In this document: piece by piece, positions 12,551 to 24,240 of the stretch
Layout: every line of letters starts with the position of its first letter
Numbering within the stretch: position 1 is the stretch's first letter
Assembly (NCBI GenBank): GCA_964187785.1
Contig: OZ076415.1
Location: forward strand, 46,500,001-46,564,000
DNA length: 64,000 nt
Reading direction: 5' to 3'
Source: Amphiscolops sp. MND2022
Taxonomy: Eukaryota
Translations under genes and position numbers: made by a program
Notes under the pieces: generated by a model
What the model was told of the DNA's origin: nothing
Seen by the model: only the letters and a program-made list of their open reading frames with translations
The model's database searches: none

Positions 12551-13661
12551 CATCATATTTCGTTTCCTAAGGCCATCTTACTCAAAAAAAATTAATCACG
12601 TGTTTGGGGCTATAAATGGAAAAGGATGGCAATATAAAATTTTCATTTTTTTCTATTGAAAAAATTTTTGGGATAAAATTTTTTTGCCAAGTTGCTCCAG
12701 AAAAAAAATCCATTTTGCATGAAAAGATGCAATTTGGTATGATTTTTGAAAAAAATTTTCGGTGTCAAAAATTCAATTAATCCGATAAAACTCTGCTTTA
12801 TATCATAGAGTGACCTGAAAAACTGTTGTCAACCAAAAGCATCTCATGGAAAATCAGTACTAATAGTTTGAAATTCTTTTGAAAGAAATCAGCTACTTCG
12901 GACTGATTTCGACACCTGTATCAGAATATCGCATAAAACTTTTGATCTTATTTTCACAAATCAATACAGTAACATGAAGTCAAATGGTAATGAAAAAAAA
13001 TGCCCCCTTTTTGTTTTCTTGGTAATTTCCAAAAACAAAAAGCATCATGGGATTAAAAAATTCGGAGAAATTTTCGTTTCTGATGTAATTTTAGTAAAAA
13101 ACTATAAAAGTTAGTTTTTAGTTTAGAAAAACGGTAAAAATTTTAAAAAATCAATTCAGCAATTGATGGAGACTCGTTTACCTATGGAATTTGAGCACAA
13201 GGTTTTGTGAACCAATAAGATTTGAGAATTCTTTGCACATTGAAGTTTTGAAGTCTAAGATGTCGTCGCAGATAATACATCAGGTTAATTTCGACAGAAA
13301 GTTTACCAAACATATTCGTACAGGATAAAATCAGTCTATGATTCATAAATAAAAGGCCACTTATTTTACTCCCCCAACACAATTCCAAGCTGGAAACTTG
13401 TCACACTGAATTTACCTCGATGCAGAAGTCACCCCTTTCACGCAAAACGTAATAGTTGCCTGAGTAACAATACACAACCGTTATGGATAATGAGAGCCTC
13501 ATCCTTCTATTAGTAAAAATATTTTGTAAAAAATAGAAATAGTAGATGTTGATAACTGACAAAATAGAGAGAGTTCGAATAAGTTCTGTATAAACGACAG
13601 GCATAATTAGTTATTGATTTCACAATTGAATGCTTCGCTTCTGATTGGCCAAGGTTAAACC

Positions 13662-14029
13662 AATCGCAAGTTTTTGTGAGATTCACACCTTCAATTTGTG
13701 ATTTTCTGAATGTTCTGAATTTCTTTTATTAAATTCTCCATGAACAGGAAATTTACAGATGAGAGAACGATGATATTGTAAATTGGGATCAACAAATAAC
13801 AAATTCAAAAGAAGTAATATTTCCGTGGATAACGTATATAACAAAAATCGCAAGTTTTTGTGAGATTCACACGTTCAATTTGCGATTTTCTGAATGTTTT
13901 GAATTGGTTTTGGTTCTCCATACACAGGAAATATACAGATGAGAGACTTGATATTTTAAATTGGGATCAACAAGTTACCAGTTCACAAGAAGTGACATCT
14001 CCGTGGATAACTGGTATATAACAAAAATC
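13662..14029. repeat. Diverged 184-bp tandem duplication
   Basis: AATCGCAAGTTTTTGTGAGATTCACAC... begins at 13662 and again at 13846; both copies end ...CCGTGGATAAC..TATATAACAAAAATC. Confidence 0.85.
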
Positions 14030-14967
14030 TAATCCAATGAGTATAATTCAAACAACAAAAACGTGTCACGTTTCTATTCTGAACTAGTAAAGTGGAACAG
14101 CTTCTTTCCCACAGAGACTGCTAAATGATAGCTTCGATATATGTATATCAGTATATTACCCTCATGACATTTTAGAATAAATTTGACGCCAAGAAGCCAC
14201 TGATGAACAATATATGAAACTCTGAAGGAAGCTGATTAAAAGTTTCAAAATCTTAAAATTTTCTAAATTAAAATCTTTAAAAAGTACATATTCTCAAAAC
14301 TTTGTCGAAGAACTCTCTCAGTAGTTTTACTTATATGATTCATAATTATTTGAGCTAGCCACTAAAGCAGAACTAACTGAGCTAGCCACTAAAGTAATTG
14401 AGCAAAATTGCATAACAAGTAATACATGTACCTGTTTTACAAATATGAGTTTCTGATTGGCTGCAGCCTGCGTGCAGAGCGTGATTGAATGAACAATGTA
14501 CACGTACATATTGTGCTAGCAGCATTAGGTGTCAATCACATTACACGCACATGATTCATAACAACACTCAGTAAATTCATTCATACTACTGTAAATTGGA
14601 AACAGCTAACAAATTATTTTCCATTAAAGTTCACCCAAAAGTTATCGGCATGGCTAGCAAACCCCCCTATCAAGATGCCAGACCACAGTGCAACGGTGAG
14701 TAGAGTACTTAACTAACTAACTACTAACGTCACTAACTAGGGAAATTTATAAAATTATTTAAAACATTCTGAAGTATTCTGAAGTTAAGTATTCTGAAGA
14801 AATTATGAAGTGATTTTCAAAAGATAGTTTTCAGAGTATTGTTCAAAATAAATCAAATTGAAAAGATATTCTTCATGCTACTAATCTATAGAAAATATGG
14901 AGCAAATTCTATAAAAGGGGAATCAATAAGATAATCTGCATACTACGTAGTATTGAGAGACAACAAA

Positions 14968-17048
14968 ATGCCCACTCTGCATAAGCTTCCAGCTCAACGC
15001 CTTCCTCAAACCTCATCCACAAATTCACAACAACAAGCCGCGTCATCCAATTTACAACTCCAAGAAGAAGGCGACACTCGAGACGTCTCGCAACAACAGG
15101 GTGATGACACCGATTCAGAGATTCCTCAAGCTCTGATGGATATTATGAGGAACACTGAAGAAGTGAATCGGTTCTTCGACAACGTTGTCACAGACACAGA
15201 GAATACTGCGTTTGTCATGGTCATATCTGCTGACGATGTTGAGAGGGACTTATCTGGAATGAGGGAGAATTTGAAAGTGTATCACATCAAAGATGCTTTC
15301 AAATTCAAAGGATTGACCTCTACCATTCCGAAAAGGACTCTGAGCCTCAACTTCAAGGATTGTGTTCGGCAGATGGCCACCGAAAACTGCATGTCTCAAC
15401 AAGATGTCTTGGCCCGGCATTACAACGAGTCCGGTGAGGAAGAAATGAACAAGATGACTCTGGATCAGTTCATCAAAGGCATTGGGGAATCCAAATTCCC
15501 GATGAACGTCATCGATTTTTTTCCACCGGGTTGGTTGAAACCATTTTTTGTAGAAGTAGATACATAGAATATATTGAATTTATATACATACATATTTATA
15601 CATATATATAAATAATTTGTATAAATATATATGTATATATAAATATATATTTCTCGCGCTTTGAGTACCTTGTAGCCGTGTTTTTCAGATAACGCACAAC
15701 TTTGCCACTTCCAGCCGCCTGATGTAGTGAAAAAAGTTTCACTAGGACACCGCTATGAAAAAGTTTTGCCACCAGTGTTGAAGAGCTCGGACGTCAGCAA
15801 GTACATGCTGATGACAGAGGGAGGAGCCATAACACCTTGGCATGTCGACTTCTCGGGGACCAGTGTCTTCTACATTTTGTTGAAGGGCGAGAAGGAATTC
15901 TTGGTAGTCGAGCCAACTCTATTTAACAAGGAGCTTTTCGAGGACTACCTCGCGGGAAATCAGTAAGAGACTAAAATTTCTATCGAGAGTTCTCCGACAT
16001 AATATAGTTGTCATAATTTCTATAAGATGTTCTCAGCAGTCTAAGCACTCATACATATATACTTCTCTTATAGACTTATTCAATTACTTTGAATAATTAA
16101 TATAACTTCACGTTCTATTTTTACAGGACTGAGATATTTGGGACAGACCCAAGGTTGGCCGTGAGGAAAATAGTGCTAAAGGAGGACGAGGGTATGATCA
16201 TCCCCGGAGGAGTGCCTCATATGGTTCGGACTACGAAGGGTTCAATCGCGCGTGGTTCAAACTTCCTTTGGGATGTTCAAATGCGTAAGTCATCTAATGT
16301 TACCACAACATATAGCTATAGGATTGTATCTTGAAATGAAGTAATTGTTCTTCCATGAAACCAACGTTGACAAAAGATGTGATTTCTGAAATGTTTAGCT
16401 CAAATTGTGGAAACATTCAACAAAGAGAAGCAACAGGGGTTGTCATTTAACTCCTACTATCCTTCTCTCCCGGCGATTCTCTTGTTGTGGCTAATTGATC
16501 AACTCGACTCAAACCCTTCGAACGAGATGCTTCGAGTAGCAGATGTCCTGCTGAACAAAGATGCTCAAGACGAAACTCAAATTTACCTGGTATACTCAGT
16601 TTTATTTCATATTAACATCACATTACTTTTCCAAAGTATCTCCCAAAGTACTATTCTATAGAAGTTCTAGGACGAATTCCATAGGATATTCCCAACAATA
16701 CTTTTCTATAGAAATTATATCTTGAATTCTATAAGATATTCTCCAAAGCACCTTTTGTTATAGAAATTATAGAGTTAATCCCATAGATTCTACAATGTAT
16801 TATTGTTTAAATGTTATGAAGTTATGTCTATTAAAAAGTTTCATATATCATACATTAATTTTCTTCTTTAAATATGTATTCTAAAAACTTATTATCCCCA
16901 TATATCAATACAGTATACTATAAAAACACACTAATAAGAGTTTTTTTGTGTTTAGCAACAAATGATGTCAAACAATGTGACTCTGCCCAGCTGGCAAACC
17001 CTCAATAGAAAAATATTGACTGCCAGAAGAAAGCTGTTGAAAAACTGA
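14968..17048 (+). CDS. JmjC-domain histone lysine demethylase, KDM2/KDM7(PHF8)-like, 5 exons, ~425 aa
   Basis: Inferred exons 14968-15529, 15689-15962, 16127-16284, 16399-16589 and 16956-17048; all introns GT-AG, phases compatible, total 1278 nt with no internal stop. Motifs TPWHVDFSGTSVFYILLKGEKEF (Fe ligands H 15841 and D 15847; 2-OG Lys 15892) and MIIPGGVPHMVRT...GSNF (third ligand H 16218). No PHD, CXXC or F-box domain seen. Confidence 0.88.
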
Positions 17049-17491
17049 ATCATGCCCCATTCTGCATCAATGATCAAACTTCCTAAACTTTTCTTTTGCA
17101 AACATATATTTATCTTTTGTTCACTTTTCCTAGATTCAGTAAAACTTCCAACATTTTTATATTTATACCTTCGTCTTCAATATTAGTTTTAAGACCTCGT
17201 TTATCTAATCATAAAATACCATAGCGTACAACTCAGGTGTAAACATATTACTCATGTTAACAACCAGTTCAATATCAGAGGTGTAACTTTAACAACCATG
17301 TTGCATACCAGTTTGCGTTTAAAATGAGTCTAATAGAGCCTCATCGTTTGTGATTGAGTCCATCAGAGTGAGTTAACATTTGTTAGACTTCCAAGTTTTG
17401 AAAAATTTTTCATTAAACCCAGCTCCACTTTGGAAACAAGTTGAAACTTAACAGCGGTAAAAAAATCTACTGATAGCCAAATTGCTTAAAA

Positions 17492-20400
17492 ATGCCAAGC
17501 CTTCGATCACAAGCTCTTCTAACCCGCGCCACCCGGCAGCAAGTCAAGACTGCACCTGCAGCAAAACCGAAGGGATACGAGGGGAAACCAAAACCGAAAA
17601 CGAGAGGAAAGAAGACGAACTGTGACATTGAAAACGGAACAAGCATGGTTAATGCCCCTATACTTAACACCATAATCAATGGAACTGCAGTACCCACTGA
17701 AGAGCCACTTACAAAACCTGCGTCAGCTTCTCACGTTGAAATTTCTGAACCCACCCACGATGCTGAGACTTCGTCACCCACTGGCGGGTCACCCCTAGAA
17801 TCTGTGTCAGCTCCTGATACTAAAACTTTGGCACCTACTAACGATTCACCCCCAGAAGCCGTGTCAACTCCTGATGATGAAACTTCAGCGCTAACTAACG
17901 GTGCCTCCCCAGTAGCTATGTCAGCTCCTGATGGTGAAACTTCAGCACCCAGGTCCGTTTCACCTGATGCTGAAATTTTTGCCCTCACTGACGATTCACC
18001 CCCAGAATCGTGTGACGACCCAATTCCACAAACGGCGTCAGCACCTGATGCTGAAACGTCGGCACCTAGTAACGATTTACCATCAGAAGCTGTGTCAACT
18101 CTTGATGATCAAACTTCAGCGCTAAGTAACGGTTCCTCCCCAGTAGCTAGGTCAGCTCCTGATGGTGAAACTTCAGCACCCAGGGCCGTTTCACCTGATG
18201 CTGAAATTCTTGCCCTCACTGACGATTCACCCCCAGAATCGTCTGACGACCCAATTCCACAAACTGCGTCAGCACCTGATGTTGGAACTTAGGCCATCAC
18301 TGACGATTCACCCCCAGCACAAACTGACTATTCACCGCAAAAAGCTGAGTCAACTTCTGACAGAAAAACTGCAACATCCACTGACGAGGCTCTCCCAGAA
18401 ACTGTATCGCCGCAACTATTGAGACTGCCTGAAACGGAAGACGAGATGCGTCCAGACTTGGTACTTGGTGCTATTGACGCATACTGCACAAAAAGCTTCA
18501 TCGATACCGACGTACGTACTTCCCACAAGTACGTTGAGCCACCAACAAATATTTTTGCGATCATCAGCAACAATCCCCAGCACCAGAAGCTTTTCAGTCA
18601 GATGATGGAATCCTATTCTTCATCATTCGAAAGTGTCAAGTATGTCGACATTCCCGGATACCAAGGCGGGATCGAGTTTTCTGTCAGAGCTCGGAAGGCG
18701 CTCCCGAAAGGACTGAAAATTCGTGGTGTCGACGGCTACTTCGCAGATGCAGTACAAAACGCTCCTTCGTTCTCTGTCTTCGGGGCGACAGACAACAACT
18801 CAAAGGAGAGGATAATACTAGGACCAGCAAGCTTCATTAACCACAGCTGTGAACCCAATGCAGTGTTTGTCTGTGGAGGGCCAACAAAAAATCAAACTGT
18901 GTTGAGAGTGGAAACAACTCGGGGGATTGCTGAGAATGAGGAAATTTTCGTCAGTTATGGGGGAAATTATTTTGGCCAGAATAACGTTCAATGTTTGTGC
19001 CAAGTTTGCAAGGGTAATAATTCCGATGATTCCAATAGCACTGAACAGCGCAAAGCTAAATCGTACTCCAAGAAGACCAAATACGACGACGTGACCCAAT
19101 GCCCTATCTGCGAGAAGACTTCGAAGCGGATCGACAAGCACCTCTCTCAACAACATCCAGAGCTGACGAGATCTGACATCGTGATGCTGAAAGACTTCTT
19201 CAGGACTCAGCATCTTCATGCGAACACCAAAGTGTTCTTCTGTTCTGAGCATAACAGAAGATTCATAGACAGGGCCAGTCACAAAAGGAGCATGAAGTGC
19301 AATGACTCCAACATATCTGTTGTTGCTAATCATCAGAGTAGAACGTAAGTTACTACTTTAAGCAAAGTAATAGTACTAGAACTAAAACATTTGTAGTACT
19401 TGTTATAGTAAAAATCACCTCTCAAAGAATAAAGTAGTGTTTCCTAAATTATGGTATTGAAAAATGGAAGCAAAATCTACAATTTGTTTTTTTTCTGTTT
19501 AGATCATTGCCAGTAGAACTGAGATGTAAACTAAGGAATGGATGTATTCCCCGTGAGGAGCACTTGGACATTGTCACCAGCTTTGTCAACATGGAATTCC
19601 GCAAAAGAGGCAAAAATACAGATGAAAATGAGGAAGTGAAGGGGAAAGATGGCTTGAAGAACGTTCTTGCGTTGTTGTATGGACAAACAATGGGTCTAAC
19701 GCAGCCCAAAGCGCTGGCTCCAGCAATTGAAAACTTAGAACGGCGGAAGGGATGGCTTCCAACAACAACTGACATTTACCTCACTCACTTCAAGAACTTC
19801 TGTGAGTATTGCAACTGCTACGAAAGACCGAATGTGAGGAAAGATTTCAAAATCGAAGTTATGAAGAAGGCCTGCAGGGATGTGAAACGAAAAATCAGCG
19901 TGGATGTGTCAAAGTCAAAACGCGAGGGAGCTAAAGAAAGGTTCGCGCAAGTGCCTACAAAACAACAGGTGACCAAACGACAACGGCAGGTGATAGAAGC
20001 TCTGACGAACGACCTCGACGACAAAAAGTTGAGCCTAAACTTCTTGAAGGCCCTCAACTTTTTCCTGCTCCAAGTTCGACTCAATGTGAGGCCTGGGCCA
20101 CTGTTGAACATAAAATGGGATCAATTTGATTCTCATTTGAGGCATGGATTCTCAATTGAAACCAACGAGCACAAAACAGGTAACTTTTTATAGAATTTAA
20201 AGAGTGAATACTATAAAAAACGCTACATTGTATTATTCTATAGAAATTATGAAGGTTTTTCTATAAAAAAGTGTTCAACAAAAGTTTTTATTCTAACTTA
20301 ATACAATATATTGTTTGCAGGAAAATACTACACAGTGGCCGTGAAAATGGATGGGGACCAAGTCAAATTCGTGCAAGAGATGCGGGAACGGATGCTTGAT

Positions 20401-21462
20401 GAGTATGGCACCGTTCCGGACTACGTCTTCTCCAATAGTCAAAATGGGCAGGAAACGAAGATCGCCTGGTACATTAACCAGTGCTTCACAGAGTTGTTTG
20501 GGGACGATCCCACAGTGACAAGGTACAATGCCACGTCAATTCGAAAGTTCTGGGATGAGCATATTGACAAGATGAACATGCAGGACAACGATGAAGAAGC
20601 TCATTTCTCCCAGACAGGTCACTCGAGATCAACGGCGAAAAAACACTACATAAGTAAGCAAACTTTGCAAATAATTTTATACCAAACTACCAATACATTT
20701 GAAATCTTTTATGCAAATTTTTCCATTGATGTTTATATCAGCTTGTAATTTTGTTACAATCACTTATTTATTCACAATGTGGTTTCAGGAGTTACAGAGG
20801 CTGACAGAAATAAAGTGCTTGATGTGTACCGCAAAGAACTTAACACAATTCCTGAAGATGATGATGGCAATGAATCAGGAATTGAACCATTGCCTGCCGA
20901 CCATTGCCCTGATTCTGACTCTGATACAGTATCAGAAGAGGAGGAGCCTCAACCGCGAGCACCATACAGAGCGTCGCTGAATTCGACGATGGATCTGCAC
21001 TCTGGTCGAAAGCGAAGAAGAAGAGAGTCGACCTCCGATGACGATGATAATGACGAAGCCAACAACCTGCCTTCGCCAGAACACTCCGTTCGAAAGCGTA
21101 CGAGAAGAGAGCCAGCCTGTGGTGACGACGCTGATGACGAAGACAACCATCAGCCACCCTACACGCCTGGGCCAAGTTCACGTGGAACCACGAGGAACAA
21201 ACCAACGCCCAAACCCAGACAACGAAGTCCAACCCGAATGCGCTTCATCAAAAGCATGTCTGTTTTCAGAAAAACGAGAACTGGGTGGACAGAGGAGGAG
21301 AAACGAGCATGCAGCCTACTCGCTGAGACTGTCACATCATCAGTACAAATGACGGAAGTGCGGGAAATGTTGATTCAGATGGAGTTCAACTTCAATCGAG
21401 AGGCTGTCAAGAAAATCTACCAAAAGATTAAGACTGCATGGTCTCTTCTGAGAAACTGCTGA
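17492..21462 (+). CDS. SET (Suv4-20-like)-C2H2-tyrosine recombinase-Myb/SANT fusion protein, 4 exons, ~1178 codons, one in-frame TAG at 18290-18292
   Basis: Inferred exons 17492-19344, 19503-20179, 20321-20653 and 20789-21462 (GT-AG, phases 2/1/1 join in frame, 3537 nt). SET ~18665-19009 (SFSVF, LGPASFINHSCEPNAVFV, EEIFVSYGGNYFG, CLCQVC). C2H2 CPICEKTSKRIDKHLSQQH ~19100-19156. YR motifs NVRPGPLLNIKW (R 20089), EHKTG (K 20173), ATSIRK (R 20542), TGHSRSTAKKHY (H 20620, Y 20647). C-terminal GWTEEEK Myb/SANT-like helix bundle. An alternative ATG at 18446 lies just after the stop. Confidence 0.85.
17755..18330 (+). repeat. Coding minisatellite in the N-terminus of the SET-YR gene (S[A/T]PDxETSA-type repeats; 231-bp higher-order duplication)
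   Basis: Repeated tcagctcctgatggtgaaacttcagc-type units; blocks starting at 17931 and 18162 are offset by exactly 231 bp (77 aa). Confidence 0.9.
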
Positions 21463-21676
21463 AATTAAATATTGTTCTTTATTTTTGTTTTAAATTCGAA
21501 AGAATTAAAATTTTCAATTGAATGTTTCATTAACAAAATTTTACCTTTTTTCTAGTACCAGGTGAGTTACCATTCAGTTGAAATCGACATTTGCCTAACT
21601 TGTAGATAACGTTCGCTCAAAGTAACAATCTTGGAACAGTTGTTGGTAGAAAAAGTAAAAGTGTAAAAAGTGTGAA

Positions 21677-21860
21677 AAATCAGGGACATGTTGCAAAAAT
21701 GAGGACAAGTTGCATTTCTGTTAATAATGTAACAGTTGTTAGTAAAAGTGTAAAAAGTGTGAAAAAATCAGGGACATGTTGCAAATATGAGGACAAGTTG
21801 CATTTTTGTTAATAATGTCATTATTATTATTAAGTCTAATAATAATGGTGCAACATGGCA
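21677..21860. repeat. Duplicated AATCAGGGACATGTTGC...GAGGACAAGTTGC block plus short (ATT)n; candidate right end of the YR element
   Basis: Two ~85-bp copies (from ~21660 and ~21745) containing aatcagggacatgttgc and atgaggacaagttgcattt, then cattattattatt and aataataatggtgcaacatggc. Confidence 0.65.
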
Positions 21861-22702
21861 TTTTGGATAATAACAAAATCGAGGAAGTTGGTATGATTTT
21901 TGGATAAAATCACTATAAAATGCGTGTCATGCTAATATCGGTTTACATCCGATGTTTCTGTAATAGCCAGTTTGTTAGTTGTTTCTAGCACTTTCTTCCT
22001 ATTTACGCGTGACTAACGTCAACAACCTGGACAATGCAATTCGCCAACGCGAGCAATTCGCCATTACAAATCATTTGTTTGCCTGAGCTCCCAAATACAG
22101 CAGTTGGTTTCTCTATTGCATTTCTATTTTTGATTGAATGACTTCATTCATTCATTTCTATTTTTGATGTTGTTTTTAAATCTAAACTCATTTGAAATTT
22201 CTAAAACTTGAAATCCTTGATTTTTGAAACAACAATACTCAAATTGGGTCTTGCCTGTTAATTCCCCCCGGAAAAATTAATCGAATGAATTGCTTTTCTC
22301 TCTGGCTTATCTAATTTTGAAAGTTTTTAAAGCTAATTTCATTTGAAATTCCTAAAAGTTTAAATCTCTGAATTTCGAAACACAAATTTGAAATTGAGTA
22401 TTTTGTTATTTTTATACCACACCCACCCCCCCCCCCCAAAAAAAAAAACTTATTTGCAATTAATTTATATTTTAATTGCCCGCAACCAATTAAAACAATA
22501 ATAAATTAATTGCATATAAGTTTTAGTCAAATTTTTGTACTTCCCAGGGGGGGGGGTGTTAAGAAATTCAGTTGAACATTCAAAAGTAGGAAAACGCTTT
22601 TCAAATTAGTTTATAAATTTAGGGAAAATATCAATCAACTTAATGTGCAAGTTGGCAAAAATTCACTTCAAATTCTAAATAGAGAAATCAACTTTGTTAG
22701 AA

Positions 22703-23128
22703 ATGACAACAAACGTTCCTAATTACATCACCTTCCAAGGAAAGCGCAAGGAGAGCCTCTACTACCATGGTGGAGACTACTTATACCTGAAGTCAATGGA
22801 GAGAGGGGAGACTACATATCTAAAGTGCCAGGTCAAGACTTGCCAAGCGACAGCCGTGGTGCGGGACCGAATCCTAATTCAACGAAGGGCCCACAACCAT
22901 ACTCAACCATCGATGCAAGAAATCGAAGACATCAAACGGCTGGCAAGAGTCAAGGACGAAGCCGAGAGGACGTTCGACGGCCCTGGCTGCAGCCAGATCT
23001 ATGACGAGGCAGTCACGTGGTCGGAGACGTCCTCCACAGGCAGGGCCGAAGCTCGGAAGAGGCGGCAGCAGACGTTGGCGTCTATGCGTCAGCGTCGAAG
23101 CCGCCTACGAAGAGCGGAAGCCCAGTGA
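22703..23128 (+). CDS. FLYWCH-type zinc finger protein (Mutator/Phantom-associated domain), 141 aa
   Basis: LYYHGGDYLYLKSMERGETTYLKCQVKTCQATAVVRDRILIQRRAHNH fits the F/L-Y-W/L-C-x4-C-x-HxH pattern, followed by a basic helical tail; ATG at 22703. No DDE domain adjacent. Confidence 0.7.
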   Translation: MTTNVPNYITFQGKRKESLYYHGGDYLYLKSMERGETTYLKCQVKTCQATAVVRDRILIQRRAHNHTQPSMQEIEDIKRLARVKDEAERTFDGPGCSQIYDEAVTWSETSSTGRAEARKRRQQTLASMRQRRSRLRRAEAQ

Positions 23129-23733
23129 AGCCTTGACCTTGCCAAGCGACCTATATAACTATATTCTCTATACAACATTTTCATCCGAATAAGAGTCAAA
23201 TTTTCAAAAATTGATCGAGTAACTTTCTCATTCAACACTTCAATTCTCAATCGTTATCAATTGTTCATTTCTTCATGTCTTCATTCATTTTTTGAACATT
23301 TTCGGCCCATTTCATTCCCCACCTAAGCTGTCGCTTCGCAAGTCTTGGTCCTGGCAAACTTTGTTGTTTTCCCATCTCTCCATTGGTGCTTAGATTTAGT
23401 ATTTAGATTGTAGTCTCCACCATGGTATTGTTCCCCTTACGCTTTCCTTGGAAATTCACTTCTCTAGTGTTAGTTTTCGTATCCGTATGTTTGAGCGAGG
23501 TTGAGAAATAAGTTGGAAGAAGTTACAAAAAATGAGTAGATAGTGCATACTAGATAGTACATGGAAAAACAAATGAAATTAATAGTTGCTACCATTAATT
23601 AATAGTTGCTACCACAAGGATAATTTTTCATGACCTAGCTGGGAAAATAAAGACTTGGGGGTTGGCTTGGTATGAGAGAATATGCTGATGAAATACTTTC
23701 CTCCAAGGGTAACCGGGGGGGGAGTTTTAAAAT

Positions 23734-24240
23734 TTGATGGTTAAACTGCGATCGCCGAAGCTGGCTGGACGATTACGCGAATTTACAAAACTAAAACCGG
23801 TTGTCCGAAACAAGACGCGTTGGCTAAGTACAATGACAATGGTCCAGAGATACATAAAACTGAAACCAAGTTTGGAATTTCTTAGCAGTGATAGAAAGCT
23901 TGTTGATCTCCTTCCTTCTCCAGTGCAAAACTCTGACATAGACGAGTTAAGCGAGAAACTTGTGAAATTGAAGTCTGTCACAGTTGCACTTCAAGGCGAA
24001 GACATTGACCTATGTGATGCAAGAGCACTTTTTGACAAAATCCTCGAAGAATATAAGGAACCAGATTTCAAGAAGTATTTGGACAAGGAGGCACATATCG
24101 TGCACTGCAAGGTCTTTGACAATGCTGTAGTCAAATGCCTCTCTGGAAACTTGGAAACATTGTCAGCAGAAGAACTCGTTGCACTTGTTCCGCTACATAT
24201 ACAAGCGAAGCAAATTGTTGATCCTCCAATTAATTTTTGA
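23734..24240 (+). pseudogene. hAT-superfamily transposase internal fragment
   Basis: KPVVRNKTRWLSTMTMVQRYIKL matches the hAT 'TRWxS' signature, followed by LLPS...SVTVALQ...ARALFD...YL...IVH..VFDNAVVK. N- and C-terminal parts are missing. Confidence 0.7.

Larger units (their letters stand above)
12460..21860 (+). mobile_element. Putative Crypton-like tyrosine-recombinase element carrying JmjC and SET-YR genes (boundaries inferred)
   Basis: Contains a YR gene with R, K, second R, H and Y retained plus a co-oriented JmjC gene. Both ends carry same-orientation AATC(A/C)GG(G)ACA(A/T)(C/G)TTGC clusters next to (ATT)n. Introns of both genes share a TTCTATAGAA palindrome. No TSD identified. Confidence 0.55.

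Noticed and set aside
14340-14460. ELATKAELTELATKV coiled-coil-like peptide from a short tandem duplication
   Set aside because: The frame is closed by a stop just upstream, has no start or splice support, and is too short.
17467-21352. Many overlapping alternative-frame and antisense ORFs across the SET-YR gene
   Set aside because: Explained as shadows of the GC-richer coding frame and its repeats; they contain no motifs.
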